DNA from: Sphagnum compactum
Taxonomy: Eukaryota
Length of the DNA: 64,000 bases
Assembly: GCA_965153455.1 (NCBI GenBank)
Contig: OZ234493.1
Coordinates: 36,570,213 to 36,634,212, forward strand
Reading direction: 5' to 3'
Every line of letters begins with the position of its first letter. Positions within the stretch are counted from its first letter, which is position 1. The notes under the pieces were generated by a model that was not told the DNA's origin, searched no databases, and worked only from the letters and a program-made list of their open reading frames with translations. The translations under genes and the position numbers were made by a program. Shown piece after piece: positions 37,440 to 52,700 of the stretch.

Positions 37440-38590
37440 TCTTGCAAAAAATGAAAGAAGGAAGTGGACATATCAACCTTTAGAAGAAGTCATGGAAATG
37501 GTGGAAAGGGGAATAACCACAATGAGAATAACATCAATATCTTCCCTTGCAAATCATTTGAATGGTTGAACAATGAACAAAAAAGTTTGGTCTAATTGAT
37601 TGTTGATGGTGGAGGAAGATGCTACCATAGTCAATTGGATATTGGTAATGGCAAGAGGTCAAATCTTTTGTCACCCATAACAAATGAAATTGAAAGTGTC
37701 AAAACTCATTCAAACCAAACCTACTCTATTTCAAAATGGATTCGCTTGGGAATAGTTAGTGGTTTTAGTTCAAACACTACCACTTTAAAAATCATTATTT
37801 GTTGACCAAAAGATCTTGAGGTTTACAAAGCCCAAAGGTTGACTAACATCACCTACTAAACGTTTTACAACAACTTGTAGATTTCATACAACATGCACAA
37901 TTACATGGAAAATTGCATATGGAACATTGATGGGATTAGAATTCAAATAGACAAGTAGAATGGAGTGAAGGTGTTAGCCAAACAAAGATCCCAACAAATA
38001 TGCAACATGATTCCAAAGTTTAGAAAGTGGATAACTGTGAATTGTATTTTGAACATAGGTGGACGGTTATACTAATGTTCCACATATTAAGGGGAGATAG
38101 ATTAGGTGACAACTACATCATGAACTATAAATCAAGTAGGTTGATAACTATATGACAATGCAAAAAAAAACCTAGATATTTCATTTATGCTCAAGGAATA
38201 TTTGTCATTCTCCAAGAGGTCAATTGTTGGGGGCATATATCAAGTTAATCATCATTTCTTAATCTTAGATTGGCATGGGTTGCATATCACATTAAAAGTT
38301 GTAATGTAGGCACAACAATTTGGTTTAAATATGATTATATTACTTAATCATACCTTTTGTACTCTACAACCCTTAGATGTCCCATGTTTGAAGCCATCCA
38401 AAACTAGATTCAAAAGAAAAGGGATGAATACATGACAAAGAATAATTATGTTGAATCAAACAAGAACATCATAGCTGATTGGGTGGGCAAGGCATTGGGT
38501 CAAGCTTTGATACAGAGGAACATCACATCAAGGTTTAAAGCTACTAGAATTTAACCCTTACACCTTAGAGCCATGGATGAGAAGAGCAAA
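37440..38590 (+). mobile_element. Degenerate pogo/Fot1-like (CENP-B HTH + DDE_1) transposase relic
   Basis: Broken-frame translation gives RRKWT...LEEVMEMVERG (HTH), CIWNIDG (first D), HFLILDWHGLH (LILDGHxSH) and HT..TLQPLDV (third D region). Many stops and frameshifts. Confidence 0.75.
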
Positions 38591-38884
38591 CCTAATGAAA
38601 TATACATAGCAAAACTAGACAATCATGCATCATACCAAGAGCAGGAGGATTCAAAGGACAAAAAAAAAATAAAGCACAATGGGAGGATGGGACTATTGCC
38701 ACACAACTTTTGAATATGGCAAAAACATATGAAATTGTAGAGTTTGAAGTTCCGCCTGACGTTAATCAAATTATGTGAAGAGACACAATTTAAAAGGAAA
38801 CTATAAAAGAGATTAGGGAAGTAAAGTGCATAGCTAATTTATAAACTATAACTGAGCAAACAACTTATAAGTCAAGTGACAAAT

Positions 38885-39140
38885 GTAAACTAAAGCAAAG
38901 AGGAACATGAACAAGAGTTAAGAACAAAGAGCAAGAGGAGCATGAACAATAGCTAGAAGAACAAAGGCAGAAAAAAACATGTGTAGCAACTAGGAACCAA
39001 GGTGAAGAAAGACATGAATAGCAACTAAGAGCAAGAGAAGCATGAACAGTAGCTAGGAACTAAGAGCAACAGCAACATGTGTAGCAACTACAAACCAAGG
39101 CGAAAAGGAGCATGATTAATAGCTACAAAAGTGAGCACCA
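38885..39140. repeat. Degenerate purine-rich tandem repeat (~35 bp; gagcatgaacaatagctaggaacc-like)
   Basis: About 7 recurrences of a(a/g)catg(aa/tg)...agc(a/t)a..aa immediately 3' of the pogo relic. Confidence 0.55.
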
Positions 39141-40791
39141 TGAGCAACACCACCTGTTGGGGTTGGTGGATGGGATAACCACCACCACAACAACAAAACT
39201 TGGAGGGGAAACCCTCACCATGCATACCATTAGTTTTCAATGAACCCTTAAGCCTTCCACCACCATAGATAGGCATTTCATTTGAATAGGAACATTCTAA
39301 CTATTGATGTGTTATGAACAGGATTTCAAATGTTGTATCATTTGGCTATTGATTTTGCTTGTCCAATCCTAAGGTGCAAAGTGTCTAGTAAACTGGCTGC
39401 AAGGTGTTTAGAGAGGTTTTTTTCAGTGATAGACCCCCCCTGCTTGGGGGGGGGGGCTGAACTTCTTATTGCATGACTGGATTTTGACAAATTTTGAGTG
39501 GTGTTCAATGCACCCAATGTCAAGCTACACCATTTTTTTAAGCCATGGTGATGTGAGCAAGGACCAAGGATCAAATGCCATCTTAGCCACTATGTGTATG
39601 GTGGTCAGCCTATCTACCTTGGTACAAAGTTTTGATGAAACCCTACCAATCATAAATAAATCAAAGCACACAAAAAAGGGGGAATACAAAGAACAAAATG
39701 AAAGGACCAATGTCCAAGAAGACAAAAGAACCACCTTCGACGCTGAACCACAAAGGCGAATAAGTTGCATCTGAAATGACCGATGATGGTTATTTTCAAC
39801 AAAACTGATGTTGCATATATCCAAGAGAAATTAGCCTACACATCTGTTTGTGTCCTCTTATAAAACAATGTAAATCTGCTACTGCAGTTACAGTTCTCCA
39901 TCCATATATCAAAACAGTTGTGATGATTGAACCTGAATCAAGCTAGCCATGATGAAGAGGGTGTACAACTCTGGAGGAAATATTACCATTAGTGTACATA
40001 TATTTCACTAAATCACCAGTACAGAGTGACTAGCAATGAGCATACTAGTTTTTCTCCCATCTTCAAACAAAATGACACAGAATGTGGTGCAAATTTACAT
40101 CGTGCAAAATTTACCATTTTTGTTGAACAATCATCCAACAATCATATACATAGAACAGGAAATTCCACTTGCCCCACTGTTACATAATTTCACCTTCAAA
40201 TCTGAATACTCATACCTAAACACTGACAACCTGCTTGAAAAATTAACCCTGAAGACAACCCTATATTTTCTACCACTCATTCTTGTGCGCACTACAGATT
40301 ATCAATGATATGTTAATGTCCATCAAATACTTTGAACTCAACTCAACAGAAGGAGCGTTACTTATCTACTATAGAAGCCAGCTTCACTAGTGGACAATTT
40401 TAACTTCTGGCTGCATTACATTCTGCTGTGTTCCATAGCTCACAGAGTCTGTTGAACCAAATGTTCTCTTCTTCCAGTACCAACTTCTGTTGAAGATCAG
40501 ACTTTGACCTAGTTAAATGGACAGATCAGATTTTCCACTCTTTTCATAAGACCATTTCACTATCTTTGTGTTGCCTTGTTTCAAGGTGAGAAGTTCACCA
40601 ATCATTAGCTGACTTTATACCCTTTTCACACAGTCAAATTTGCCCTTTTGCCAAATCAGATCCAACGTAATCCAGCACCTTAGTTGCCATATGTTGCACT
40701 ATTCACCTGAGCAGATTGGGACTAGATTCTGTTTCAATATATCTCATCTGGTGACATTCTTGCACCAAACCTTGTAACCACATTTCACCTA

Positions 40792-43700
40792 TTACCAGCA
40801 TTGTACCTTCTTCTGCAATAAAATAACAGAACCATCAGATCTCTAACTCAGCATTTGTCTCCAACTCAGCTCAACAATCAACCCACATACTAGGAATTAT
40901 AGAAACATACAACATCCAAAACACTCCACAGACAGCAGATTCATTAAGCCTGATTGAGATTAGCAATCAAGAAACACACAAAATAGTAAACCACAGAGAC
41001 AAGTATTCAAACAGACAAAAACTGAAACTTCAATAGACTTACTAATAATCAAAATTAAAAAATCAATAAAACAACTTTGGAATATTTTCCTCTGACGATA
41101 GGTTTGCATGCCACAGTGCAGAAGTTTCCATAATTCCCAGGGATCAATTCTTTTTTTGCACTTCAGACACCAGGCCCAAGTGAGGACAGTGTGCAATCAC
41201 CTTAAGATTATGATTCTGCATATGCCCAAACATACTGCACACATCCCAAGAACTTACCATCCACTTATACTCTTTGATTTGCTCCAACGCATCATTCAAT
41301 TCCTCCTGCTTTGATAATAGGGCACTCACAGTCTGTAACATCAACAGTGATTTGCATTAGCCATATCAGATCCTTAGAAGACAATTTAGAAGCTAAGCCT
41401 CACAGTCAATAAAGGTCCAGGTGACAATGTCAAAAATGTGACAACATGAAATACTGAAAACAGCATTGCAGAGCTAGGTCTGGTTCTGCTGTTCAGTAAA
41501 AGTCCAGCCAACAACCCCAGCAACAATTTAAAAATACAGCCTAGTGAAATGTCTACTAACACTTCATATAAACCCCATACAGTACAGTACTCACCTTTTT
41601 AGTCTCCGCAAGTTCAGCTTCAAGAGAAGTCACCCGTTCAACTGCTGGATCCACTGACTTGCTGTCAAGATTTTTGGAAGAGGCTAACTTATCAAGTTGT
41701 ACTTCCAACCTCTCCACTCGTGTGAAAATGGGCTCTTTCTGTACTTTGGCAGGTTCAGCTGCTTCAGTATCCTTACCACCTTTTTGTGTCCAGTTTGCCG
41801 CAACAAGCTGATGTGGGAGTTTAATTATCTCCATCAAAAACAGCACCATTTGCCACAGATATAACCCAATATATTTCTCCCAGCTCCTAACACCAGCTTT
41901 ATGACCATCTGCAAATTCAACTTCCAAACCAAAAGTCACTTGACCACAGGTCAACAACCAGAATGGGAGATGGCGTCACATAATCCAAGATGATAGCTGA
42001 GTAGGTAAACCCTGCTATTTATCAATTTCACTTCATATCTCTGCAAACCCAAGCATTAGAGCTGCATGAAGAAGCCAATACAATCATTTGAAACTGCGGA
42101 ACATGAAGGGTATTAACAGAACACTGAGGCATAAGATTTCAATCTTCTATTGGAAGATGATATACCAGAAGAGTTGGGGGCAGCAAGCGTGTCAGCAGGC
42201 TCAGCTTCGGATAGACTTGTTCCCTGCATCCAAATCACCTACAGAACCTTCATCCTGGCAACAAGTGTTATACCTCTAGCCACATGGGTGAATATATAGA
42301 CTGATAAGCCACAACCCCATTCAACATCCTACTGGTATAGAAACAAACCTGAAAACCTTGAACAAAACCTCTAAACCATGCATGACTAGGGCAGTAACAT
42401 GTCAATTCAGTCAAACAAATAACCTTGACAATGCAGATCAGTTGCCTGCTAACCTCTTCATCAACAGGCAACAGCTTCTGTGAGTGGAAAGTCTGAGCAT
42501 CATCCTGTGAGGGTCTCTCCCCAAGCTCTGAACCTGCCTCTGTATCACCAGACTCCACATTCTTACCCTGTTCAAGCTCTGAATGTTCTGCCACAGTACT
42601 AGATTCCAGATCCTTTCCCTCCTCAAGCTCTGAACCTGCCACTGCTGGAGATGATTCCATATATTTTTCCTGGAGAATAAAATGGTCAATTGTATAAACT
42701 TCAGGAATAACAAAATTTACTCCAAATGTCAAATACCTCCACCAATACCAAATGGTTCCTCTGTCACTATCCTTTTTTCTTGCTCAAAGAGATGAACATG
42801 GTTGAGCCAAGAGATGTTTGCACTTCCAACATCCCTGCTAAAACATGTTCTTACACTATACATAATAGCCCTCTTTCAGGAAACCACTTTAATGACACAG
42901 GACATTGAAAAGAGTGACCAAGGTGAAGGTCATCTTTATCAAAATCCAGCAAATAGAGCCTGCTCTCCTCATATTACCTCAATAACAAAGGCCATAATAT
43001 TATTCAGATCCAAACTCTGTTTCAAACCTTAATAACAAAGCAGCACAACATACTGCTCAAACCAAAAGCTTGCGATTACATTTTGGAACCGCGTCACTCC
43101 CACTTCATTCCTAGTAAATCCATGTCAAGATCATCCAGTTGTCTTGAAAGAAAAAATCAGTAGCACATCATAGGTAAATGATGTCAAACAAGCTGGTCTT
43201 GGTGTTAGGACAAGGAATTTGAATTGCACACCTTCACATGTCCACTTTGAACCGAGACTATTTCCCTTGAGGATTTGAAATGCCCTGCCAGCACAGCCTG
43301 CATCAACCCATGGTGATTTGAAGAGACTTTATAAAGGATTCATAGCCTTGAAACAAATCCCAAGGGCAAAGCCCATAGGGAATATCCTTACTCAAAAACA
43401 TCCAATCACTATAGATTTCCAAATGAAAGGGTAACTGCATGTGAGACTTTAGAAGGGCAGGGAACATGGAAAGGATAAGAGACCATAGACTAAAGAGAGA
43501 TGCCCAAGGAGAAAATGTGTGCAGAAAATTGTGACTTTCATCAGTTCACAAATAACCATGCAAGGCCACACTCCATGACTACACTTCGACTGACTACAAT
43601 GGCTCCCAACAGTAGACATACAATAGTGCAAGACAGACAACTGCCATACTGAGTGTCTCTCAATAATTCCAGGAGTAACAAGGATATTTGGCTGTATTGT

Positions 43701-46700
43701 CATCCACAACAAATACTAAACAAGAATCAGTAGATAAAAAACACACTACAGAGAAGAGACCAACAAAGAAAGGAAAACAAGAAAAAGAAACGGCCTCTAA
43801 AAACCCCTGAAAGAATTACAAGCAGCAGAGATGTTAGAGGGTCTAACATAGCCCCTTAAAAAAGTGAGCCTAGGAGGGCTCCCCAATATCACATAAAGTA
43901 CAAAAAGGGAAACATACAAACTCTCCAAAAGACACAAATAACATGTGAGGTGAAAAGAACCTTTGCAATGTTGTGATCTTCCCAAGGACCCTTGTTGGAT
44001 TGTAAACATCCACCTTCTGAAGCACAGGAACATTGTCCTCCCAAGAAATCTGGCAACTCACTGTTCCGGCATGCAGCAGTAATGAAATGTCACAATCTAG
44101 CAGAACTTACAAAACGGATTGTTACGGAGCTTTTTGTTGGCAAGTCAAAACCTACTAAATGCAGATTCAAGAACACAGTGTCAAAAGTTAAGGAACCCAA
44201 CCTGGCATCTATGACCTGCAGAAGCTTAGCTTGATAATTACTTCCAAGCACCTGCCCAGCCACCACCCATCTATCATCATCATCCCTAAGAATTCACAAG
44301 AAACAGATGAATTTACTGACTTTACCACCTCAAAACCTTAAATATACGGTGTTTGAGACAATTAGCTATCTCACAAAGCATGACCCAACACACAATGATG
44401 CTTGGAAAACTCCACAATTCTCTGGCCATACAGACTAGACTGTGCCTGTAAGGACAGGTCACCATAACTTCCTGTGTATGGGTTTTGAGCACATAGGTTT
44501 AAACAGCCCCTTTAATCAACACTCAAGGCCTGCTGAGGATGCAAAAAGCTTTGTAGTCTTGTTTAAGCTGAGATTCAAGGGTAACATGGCCACATCTCCA
44601 GCAAAAGCTGGATTTCAACAATTTGCTAGTCTGTTGAACCATCTAGGTCCTCCAGAAAGCATTCCTCTCTGCAAATTTGTGGTAAACCCCTTGACTAGTT
44701 CCCTGTCGTCTTTCAGAAAACTCAATTATGAAAAGAAATATAGCTCCAAAATGCATCATTTTGCAACTGCTGTACTCAGTGGGTCGATAACATACACTGA
44801 TCTTTGAAATCGAAACTGGATCCAAGAAACCTTTGATGGTGCTCCACAACATTCTAAAGCCTGGACCTGCATTAATGATGAACATCTTATGCAATGTCTG
44901 CATCATCAAAACCACACACCTGCTAATCAGTTTCAAGCATGCACACAGCTTTGGGTCAGGAAGATGTGCCCTTCTCTGACTTGTGCATGTGTCCAAATGC
45001 AATTGTGACATACCACACAGCCATCAAATTTCTTATATATATATATATATATATATCTTTTACTTCTTGGCAAATCCAAAAAGACCACTGCAACAATTTT
45101 CTGCAAAATGTGCTGTTAAGCGGTCTTTACTCCCTGACAAACATATCTTGTCAAACTTCAACCTCAGAGATACACTGGAAGAGTTTCACCCTCTAAATTG
45201 TAAGGTTAATTAGTAACACCTTGTCCATTACCTATCACACATTGACCAAAGAAATCAATTGACTGGTCACTCTATTGCTCAAGAACTACATTAATCTCCA
45301 TCATCCCTGTCACATCACATTATGTGGCATGGGAGTACTGTAGCTCACCAGGGACAGTTCACCTGGCAGCTTAAGAACCTTCCCCACACAATGAAATGAG
45401 AACTAAGTTGTATTTTTTTGGATAGTGAGATGTGATGGCCAATGACATGTTATTTCATAAGTACAAATCCTTCAGAGATGTGTAGACAAAAATATGAAGT
45501 GAGAAATTTACATCAGAATGGCATATCATCCCAGGACCTATCCATATCACTAGGTCAGTAGGCTTCAAACCAAAAGTTCAATATGCTTTAAAACAAATTC
45601 TATGACACCAGAAATGTGTTGGAGTGCTAACATGGGCATCTAACATACTGCTAGTGTTTAGAAACAAGTAGTACCTCAGGATAATTATTGTTATCAATAT
45701 TCTGGATACTGATAATCAATTCCCTTGCCTGCTTGGTGAAGTTCTTCATTCCCTGCACTAGCACAACAGCCACAATGCAAATCAGTCAAATGCAGCAATC
45801 TGAACATTTACCCATTATGAGGGGGGGGGCACAGAAATGGACTTACCACCCCAGCCACATCCAGAATGGTGGTGGTTGAGTCAATGTGGCGCTTCACAGC
45901 AAGCGAACAGGCTGGGAATTTTATATTAAGCAGCTTCTCAAATTCCAACACGTGATACTTCAAATATCTTTCTAGTGTGGTGACCTCCAACAATTGTGCT
46001 GCATCCACTTTGCCAATTCGTTCAATATACACTGGCCTGCCTTCTTTGTCTACTCCATGATGTCCCTGAGGATAAAACCTTTTGACTTTATCCAATTCAG
46101 TAAATTGGAACTCCTGTAGAAAACAATTAGTGCTGCTGTGTCAGCACAGCTTGCCCCAGCTAACTATTCTCACTGATTGCTTGCCAAAACAAAAACCACA
46201 GGGAATGCACAGTCAACACAACACACTGGAACAGACCTCAGCCAGTGTGTCAGTACCAAATTCCTTGCGCCATTGTAGCATGCTCTCCCACATTTCTCTT
46301 GATTTTGCAATGTCATACTTCCTTGCCTTCAGAAACCTGAACCACACCTCCAAACCATAAGTCACCTAAACACTAAGGTTTCAAAAACTCATCACAAATC
46401 TCATTCCAAAGTAAATGCCTCCTTCATTGTCACCCTTAATTAAGGCAAGTGCAAACATTGAGAGACTGCAACATCCACACAACAATGTACTTCCTGTCTC
46501 ACACCCATTATGAGAGTACAGATAAGTGTACGTTGATGTCTTTCCTCAAGAAGTGATCCCACCAGAAAAATGGTGGTTCCAAATTATCACACAAGTCATC
46601 ATCGAGGATGAAAGCAGGACTTTAAACCTCTCCATCGAAAGCACAGCACATCTGGCTGAGATTGCAGTCCATTCATTTGACACTCAAAATATGCACATGC

Positions 46701-47254
46701 CACAAAATGGGCAAAGGACTGACAAATTGATAGTCTTTTTAGACCATGTAAACCGTCACTAGAAATGCCTGAAATGTGATTAGGTCAGGTTTCTACATAC
46801 TGCATAATTGTAGCCCAAGAAAAAATGAGGCTCTTAGTCACAACTGCAAAAGAAGCAGCAACTAATGGCTGTTATCATACATTCCATTACATCCATGCAA
46901 CAAGCTGCATCAAGTAAAGAGCAAGGGCAACGGAGACAAACCTTAGGAGGATGTGATAGTCGTCATGCTGCTGGGGTAAAAGATCATTGGCCACAAGCAC
47001 CCTCCGGAATTCTTCAACAGCTTTCTGATCCTTAACATCACGCACATCCTGAATGATAAGGGAAGATCTTGTGTTGCCACTTCGTAGTTTCCTCAGACTC
47101 TTACGGAATTTAGTGGATGCAAGAATGGCTCGAAAGGCACCCATCTTTGGCTTCCCCTTACGATCATCATGATCCACAGTCTTTTCCTTCATGTTTTCCT
47201 GTTGCTGAGGTGTAAGAGAACCTGAAGGCACAAACCTCTCAAAACTCAGCCCAC
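40792..47254 (-). CDS. Sec14-nodulin phosphatidylinositol/phosphatidylcholine transfer protein (SFH family); ~13 coding exons; true start uncertain (first in-exon ATG at ~47192)
   Basis: CRAL-TRIO motifs across exons: [112 protein letters not shown]-terminal Nlj16-like coiled coil ([26 protein letters not shown]) ends KKVQCW* in exon 40812-40792. Confidence 0.92.
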
Positions 47255-49799
47255 CTGAAAATCATCACCTACAACAACAGCTCTAACTTCTGATCCTCTC
47301 GCACAGCATCTCACAAGCAGCAAAAGACACACTGCATGCAAAACAGTTGCCAAGTACTCTTCATAGCGCATGTGCACTTCCAGTATCCTGCATGCTAGTT
47401 CCTTGCTACAACTGATGTAAGATAAAAACCATCCCCTCAAAAAGCCTAAGAAGCAGGCAAGATCCCTGTCCTCCACAGGACATATTCGCACCTCACACGA
47501 TAATTTCCACTAAATCCTCAGTAACTGACAAGACAATAATCTCTGTACCACGATGTGTTAAGCTTGCAAATGCAGTTCCATAGGAGTCACAAGCATGAGA
47601 AAAAAACTGTCCCAAGAGTAGTGGTCACACCCTCACTGACTTCACTTAACAATTTTTAAGGATTGTCTTCACCAGAAGAAAAAAAACAGCACATGGGAAA
47701 TCTACTCCTAATCCTTTGATAGTTGCCCACGTGATGACTTTCACCAAGACATCGTTTTGGAACCTAAGAAGACAAAGATAAACCAGGGAGAAAATCTAAA
47801 CAGTAAACAAAACAAAGCATAATCAACGATGCAGTGGGGGGGTGGGGGGTGAAAGAAAAAATCAACCAAAATTAAAGGATAGAAAACACACACCTTGTGT
47901 CCGCACCATGGTGACAAACACTGCAAAAGCTCCGAGATGGTTGGTTCCAAATTTCAGTGTTTCAAGCTGGAAACCCTCGTTCCTCTCTGCACATGAATAA
48001 CTTTCGGAATTGCCCGACAAAAATCAATGACAACCCAGAGAATTTTCCCGAATAACTCTCAATTCCAAATCGACAGCTCGCTCGGAACGGGAGACGAATC
48101 GGACCCCCGATCCAACAACACCACCCCCTGACAAGCTACAGTTGGGGATTTGCAGCTGAACCAAAAACCACAAACTTCAGCTTCCATCGCAGGATCCCTT
48201 AACCGAGATGCGCACAGAAACCCTCAACAGTGGATCTCTCGTAGGATACTTACTTCCTAGGGGGCAAAGCTTGTAGGCAGTACCTGCGTCTGCCATGTGG
48301 CGTTTCTTGGGCCTCCAGGTGTTGGATTTAGTCATAGATCTCCACTAACCAGCAGCCAGCTGTCATGTGGCCGCCTTTGGATAGATAGTCACTAACTCCA
48401 ATCAACCAGAGCGCAAATTTTTCAGGGGAAGGGGGGGAATGGGTCAGGAAAGCAAAAGAATGGGTCGGCTTCTGTTCATGTGTCCTCATTTGGTTGGTTT
48501 TCTTGGTGCCTATCCGTCTACTTATTAGTTCAAAGAACAGGGGTATGGAGAGGGTCGTCTGGGTGATTTTGAAAGGAAGGGTGCTGGTGGTTTTGTGACA
48601 GCAATTCAGTGGCAAACCCTCCTTCTCCAGCTCAACCTAATTGTTGCCATTTTTGTAAAGGACTGAAGAGGGTGTTTCCTACTAAAGAATGCTCCTGAAA
48701 AAGGCCCTGACTTTAGAGTGACTTTGGAGTGAAAGAGAAAAGGGGCTCATTAGTCTTTTGTTGTTATACAAAGGATTGGGTTTGTGTTTATCTGTTTGCA
48801 ATTGATTGGCAGTCAAACTTCTCTTCTTCTTTTTTTGGCCTTTTAAGTTTTGAATGCCAATTTCAGCAGAAGGATTTTGAACCTAGTGACCGGGGGGAAA
48901 AGACTACGCTTTTGAAATTTGACATAGTTTCACAAAAGCTCGTGGATTATTTGCTATGTGTCCTTTCTCTTAAATTTTCAATTAATATTAAACTTTCACA
49001 ATTCAAAATTTAAAAACTATTTGGGGTTAGATTTGTGGAATGGGTCAATGACACCCTGCAGATAACATTTGTGTCACCATTATACACCCCATGCTTCTTT
49101 CATGCAAGCATCACTAAAAAAAGAACAAAGGGATGTGTCACACTGTGGCCTTGCCATTTACATTAAAAAGTATCTTAAGGCAAAAGAAGAATTATGAAAA
49201 CTCAAATATTTCACCATGCAAAAATATAACCTTCAAAAGAATCCTCTAAAAGAAACCAAAATCCTTCAAGATCTTATAACTCTATAATTAATCTCAAGTT
49301 TCAACACAAGCCAAAATATCATCTTTCAAAAATCCTCCTATAAAAATAGACTTATTACCTAGGGGCCAAAATCCCTTAAGCTACTATACACCATAATGAA
49401 TATAAACACAATATCCTTGCCTTGATAGGCAAGGCCAACAACCATATTGTAATGATTCATTTGGATTGCAGTGACTTCCAGCAACACAAAGTTGGAGGGC
49501 AAACAAGGGACATCAGTCGGATGTTAAACACCCCCTACAAACTTTGTGGCATCCACAAGGTTGGACTAGTGGCAACAAAAGAAAAGTTTTTTTTTGTTTA
49601 GCATCCTCCAAGCCATTTGATCTTATTCTCCATGTGTTTAAAACCATGAAATTCCAATTATGAATTCTATACCCAACATGCAATCAAAGAAGAGGTCTTT
49701 TCAGCACAACCTTGTAAAGCTTTATTTATAAAACACACACACACCGCATACTTTAAAAGGCATCAAGTTAGTATAAATTAGATGTCAAAAATTCTCCAT

Positions 49800-52700
49800 C
49801 TCAATAACCAATGGCTTGTAGTAAATCAACCGTAACAATGGGGGTTGTGTCTTGAAGGGGTGGAAGTTGGGAAGTAGTTAGGCCTATTGCTATTGCCCGA
49901 CTTTAGATGGAGGATGCTTCATCCTTTGTAACGTAATTGAAATTCTTTGACAAAAAAAAGTAACCAAGACTGAAAGGGGAGGGCATTTTGGCTTTTTTAG
50001 GCTCCAAATAGCATTAGCACATTTGTGTAAGAACACATTGACATGTTTGTATAAACATTCAAATATTTCAATTGCTAAAGGGAGGAATTGATCGGTCACA
50101 AGGTGTTGGTTGCAATACCCTCGAAAGTAGAGGGGCGTGCTAAAGCTGCAAGATGGGGACTTGGAAAAGTGACAAGTGAGTCAATTATTTACACAGACCT
50201 GTACAAACCAAATAACAAGTTGGTCAATGTGAGGTTGGAGCACTTTCGGTGCTTGGACGAACTACGGGCATCCATGGACTCACAAGACTCACCATGGTTC
50301 GAACTTGGGGGAAACCACCACCTTCCCCCTTATAGTATTCTTTGTGCATGGTCACGAGGGCTACACCCAAATGTCATTTTGTCTTAGGACTCCCGAATCG
50401 AGAATCCCAAAATTCCTAAAATTGGGACTCCCACAACTTTGGGGGCCCATAACTTTTTGTGTAAACTTTCGATTGAGGTGAAGTCTAAAATAAAGTTGTA
50501 GCCCTTGTTGAAATCTTTCCAACGATATGTGGCATGTGGTGCCTACACGTAAGTAAATTAGAACCATTCCCAACTTTTAATGGTCGAAAGTCAAATTAGC
50601 ATTTTGATTCCCATCCTTTCTTTCGGCCATAACTTATATTTTAGACACTCAAATGGGACATGTGAGCTCATTTTAGACATTTAATTTTCAAGAATTTTTC
50701 AATGGTATAAAAAACTTTTCAATCTAATGTTTTGACCCCTGCAATCGCTCTCTGAAGATTCAGGAGTCCATTAGGACTCCAAATCCCAAAGTGGGAGCCC
50801 ACTTGGGAATGTGTGGGTTCATTCCCTCACACTTTCCTACACTCCTGGGAACATGAATGTGACTCCCACGCTTCATTCTCAACCCACACCTTTGCAAGCC
50901 CTTGCTTTGGTCACAAGCCCAAGGTTAAGGTTGCAATAATCTTGCATAATGATGGCAAAGGTGTTGTGAATTGCATCATGGGTCCCCGTGTGTTCGTTAC
51001 CATGGGTGCAACGTAAAAGGTGGATATCCATAAGGTCAATGGAATGGGTGCACACACATCGGGGGAGGCCTACAATTGAAGGATGTGGTAGTCCAAGTCG
51101 CATTTGAAGCGCTATGAAAAAAAATGGGGAAAATAATCAAAGGGCTGGGAAAATTAGTTGAACTATAAGCCAAGCGCATGCCCCAAGGCTGAAACATGAT
51201 AAAATTTGGGCACGATGGGCTTCAAATATCTCATTAGAAAACATGTTAAGAAGGGTATGATGGTGTAAACGCTTTGAAATGGAATCTTGAAGATGAACCA
51301 TTTATTGTTCAATGAGTTATTCCAAAAAAAGAGGACACATCATGTTGGGGGCAATAAAAAAATACATGTTGCTTTGAGGTGTTGTTGGAAAGGGAAGGTG
51401 TTGTTGTTGACTCACACTAAAGCAAGAAGGAAGGGACGTTGGTTGACCATGAACTTAGTTGTTATGATTGAAATTACAAAGGCCCAACTTTTAAAATAAG
51501 CTGTTAGGGCAATGGTGGATGTCAATATGAGGCCAACGCTACTTAAAGTTATTGGGAAAAAAACTTCTTTATGGGTTAAAGGCCTTCAAGGCTATTAAAA
51601 GACCTCGGACCCAAGAGGCATCCAAACATTTGAAGAAGGAAGGAGTCAAAGGAAACAAAGGAATCTATGAAGGTGGGAAAAGGTGATGTGCAACGTAAAA
51701 TATACAATGGTTGTTGCACATAACAATGAGTTAGAATTTTAAAGGCTACGTAGACATCGTCCAATTTAAGGAGAATGTCAACATGTTGAACATCTTTTAA
51801 TGAAGTAACTTTGATGAAGGATGGTTTGAATGATGAGGTGTTTGATGGAACCCTAAAAACTTTAATGCCTTTTGATGGTGTGTTAACTAGGATGAAGTGT
51901 CAAAGTTAAAGGGCAAGCTAAGGGACCATGCTACACATTTTTATAGGTTGGCTAAAAAGACCTATTCCATGAAGTTCAATCTGAAAATGCTCATATGCAA
52001 AGGATATAATGGAAGGGGGGGGGGCCAATGAAGTGAATGTTATTTGCAATGGATGGAAATAGAGAAGAGGGGAAATGGTTAACTATAGAATGTAATGCCC
52101 CAAGGTGAGCTAAGGTAAATAATGCCCCTAGCAAATGATCACCTTGATGAGTTCCCATGGCAAATGGGATGATTATGACATCACCATCACGATTATGGTG
52201 ATTGTAAAACAAGGGAGATTCAAATGCATAAAATGCACAAACAAAGGGGATAAGTTGTATGATGTCCCCACCTACTTTACAAAGTTCCTAAAATATGACC
52301 CTTTTTAACACCAAATGGAAGGAATTCACATTGTCTAGCTAAAAAACAACCCAGTCAGGATGAAGGTGCAAGGTGCATATAATGCCATGGATTACTATTT
52401 CATATCCACCTTTAGTTATTTCAAATTGGTGTGGGGAAAAATTTATTGCAAAGGTGTCGCAAAATTGAAGGCATAAAAGCATGGCTTCTGAATTGATATA
52501 ACGTTTCCCTTATTATAAGGGGACAAACTCCACCTAAAGGTTTGGTCATGGCTAAGAGGTGGGATGCCCCAAGGATATGTGCAATTTGACATGGAATGTG
52601 ACCTTGTGTGATATGAGAGCAAAATTGAAACAATTGTGAGAAGTTAATCATGGAATCTTTTGGGTGAAAGCAGTCTTGGAGGTGTTCAAAAACTATTCCA

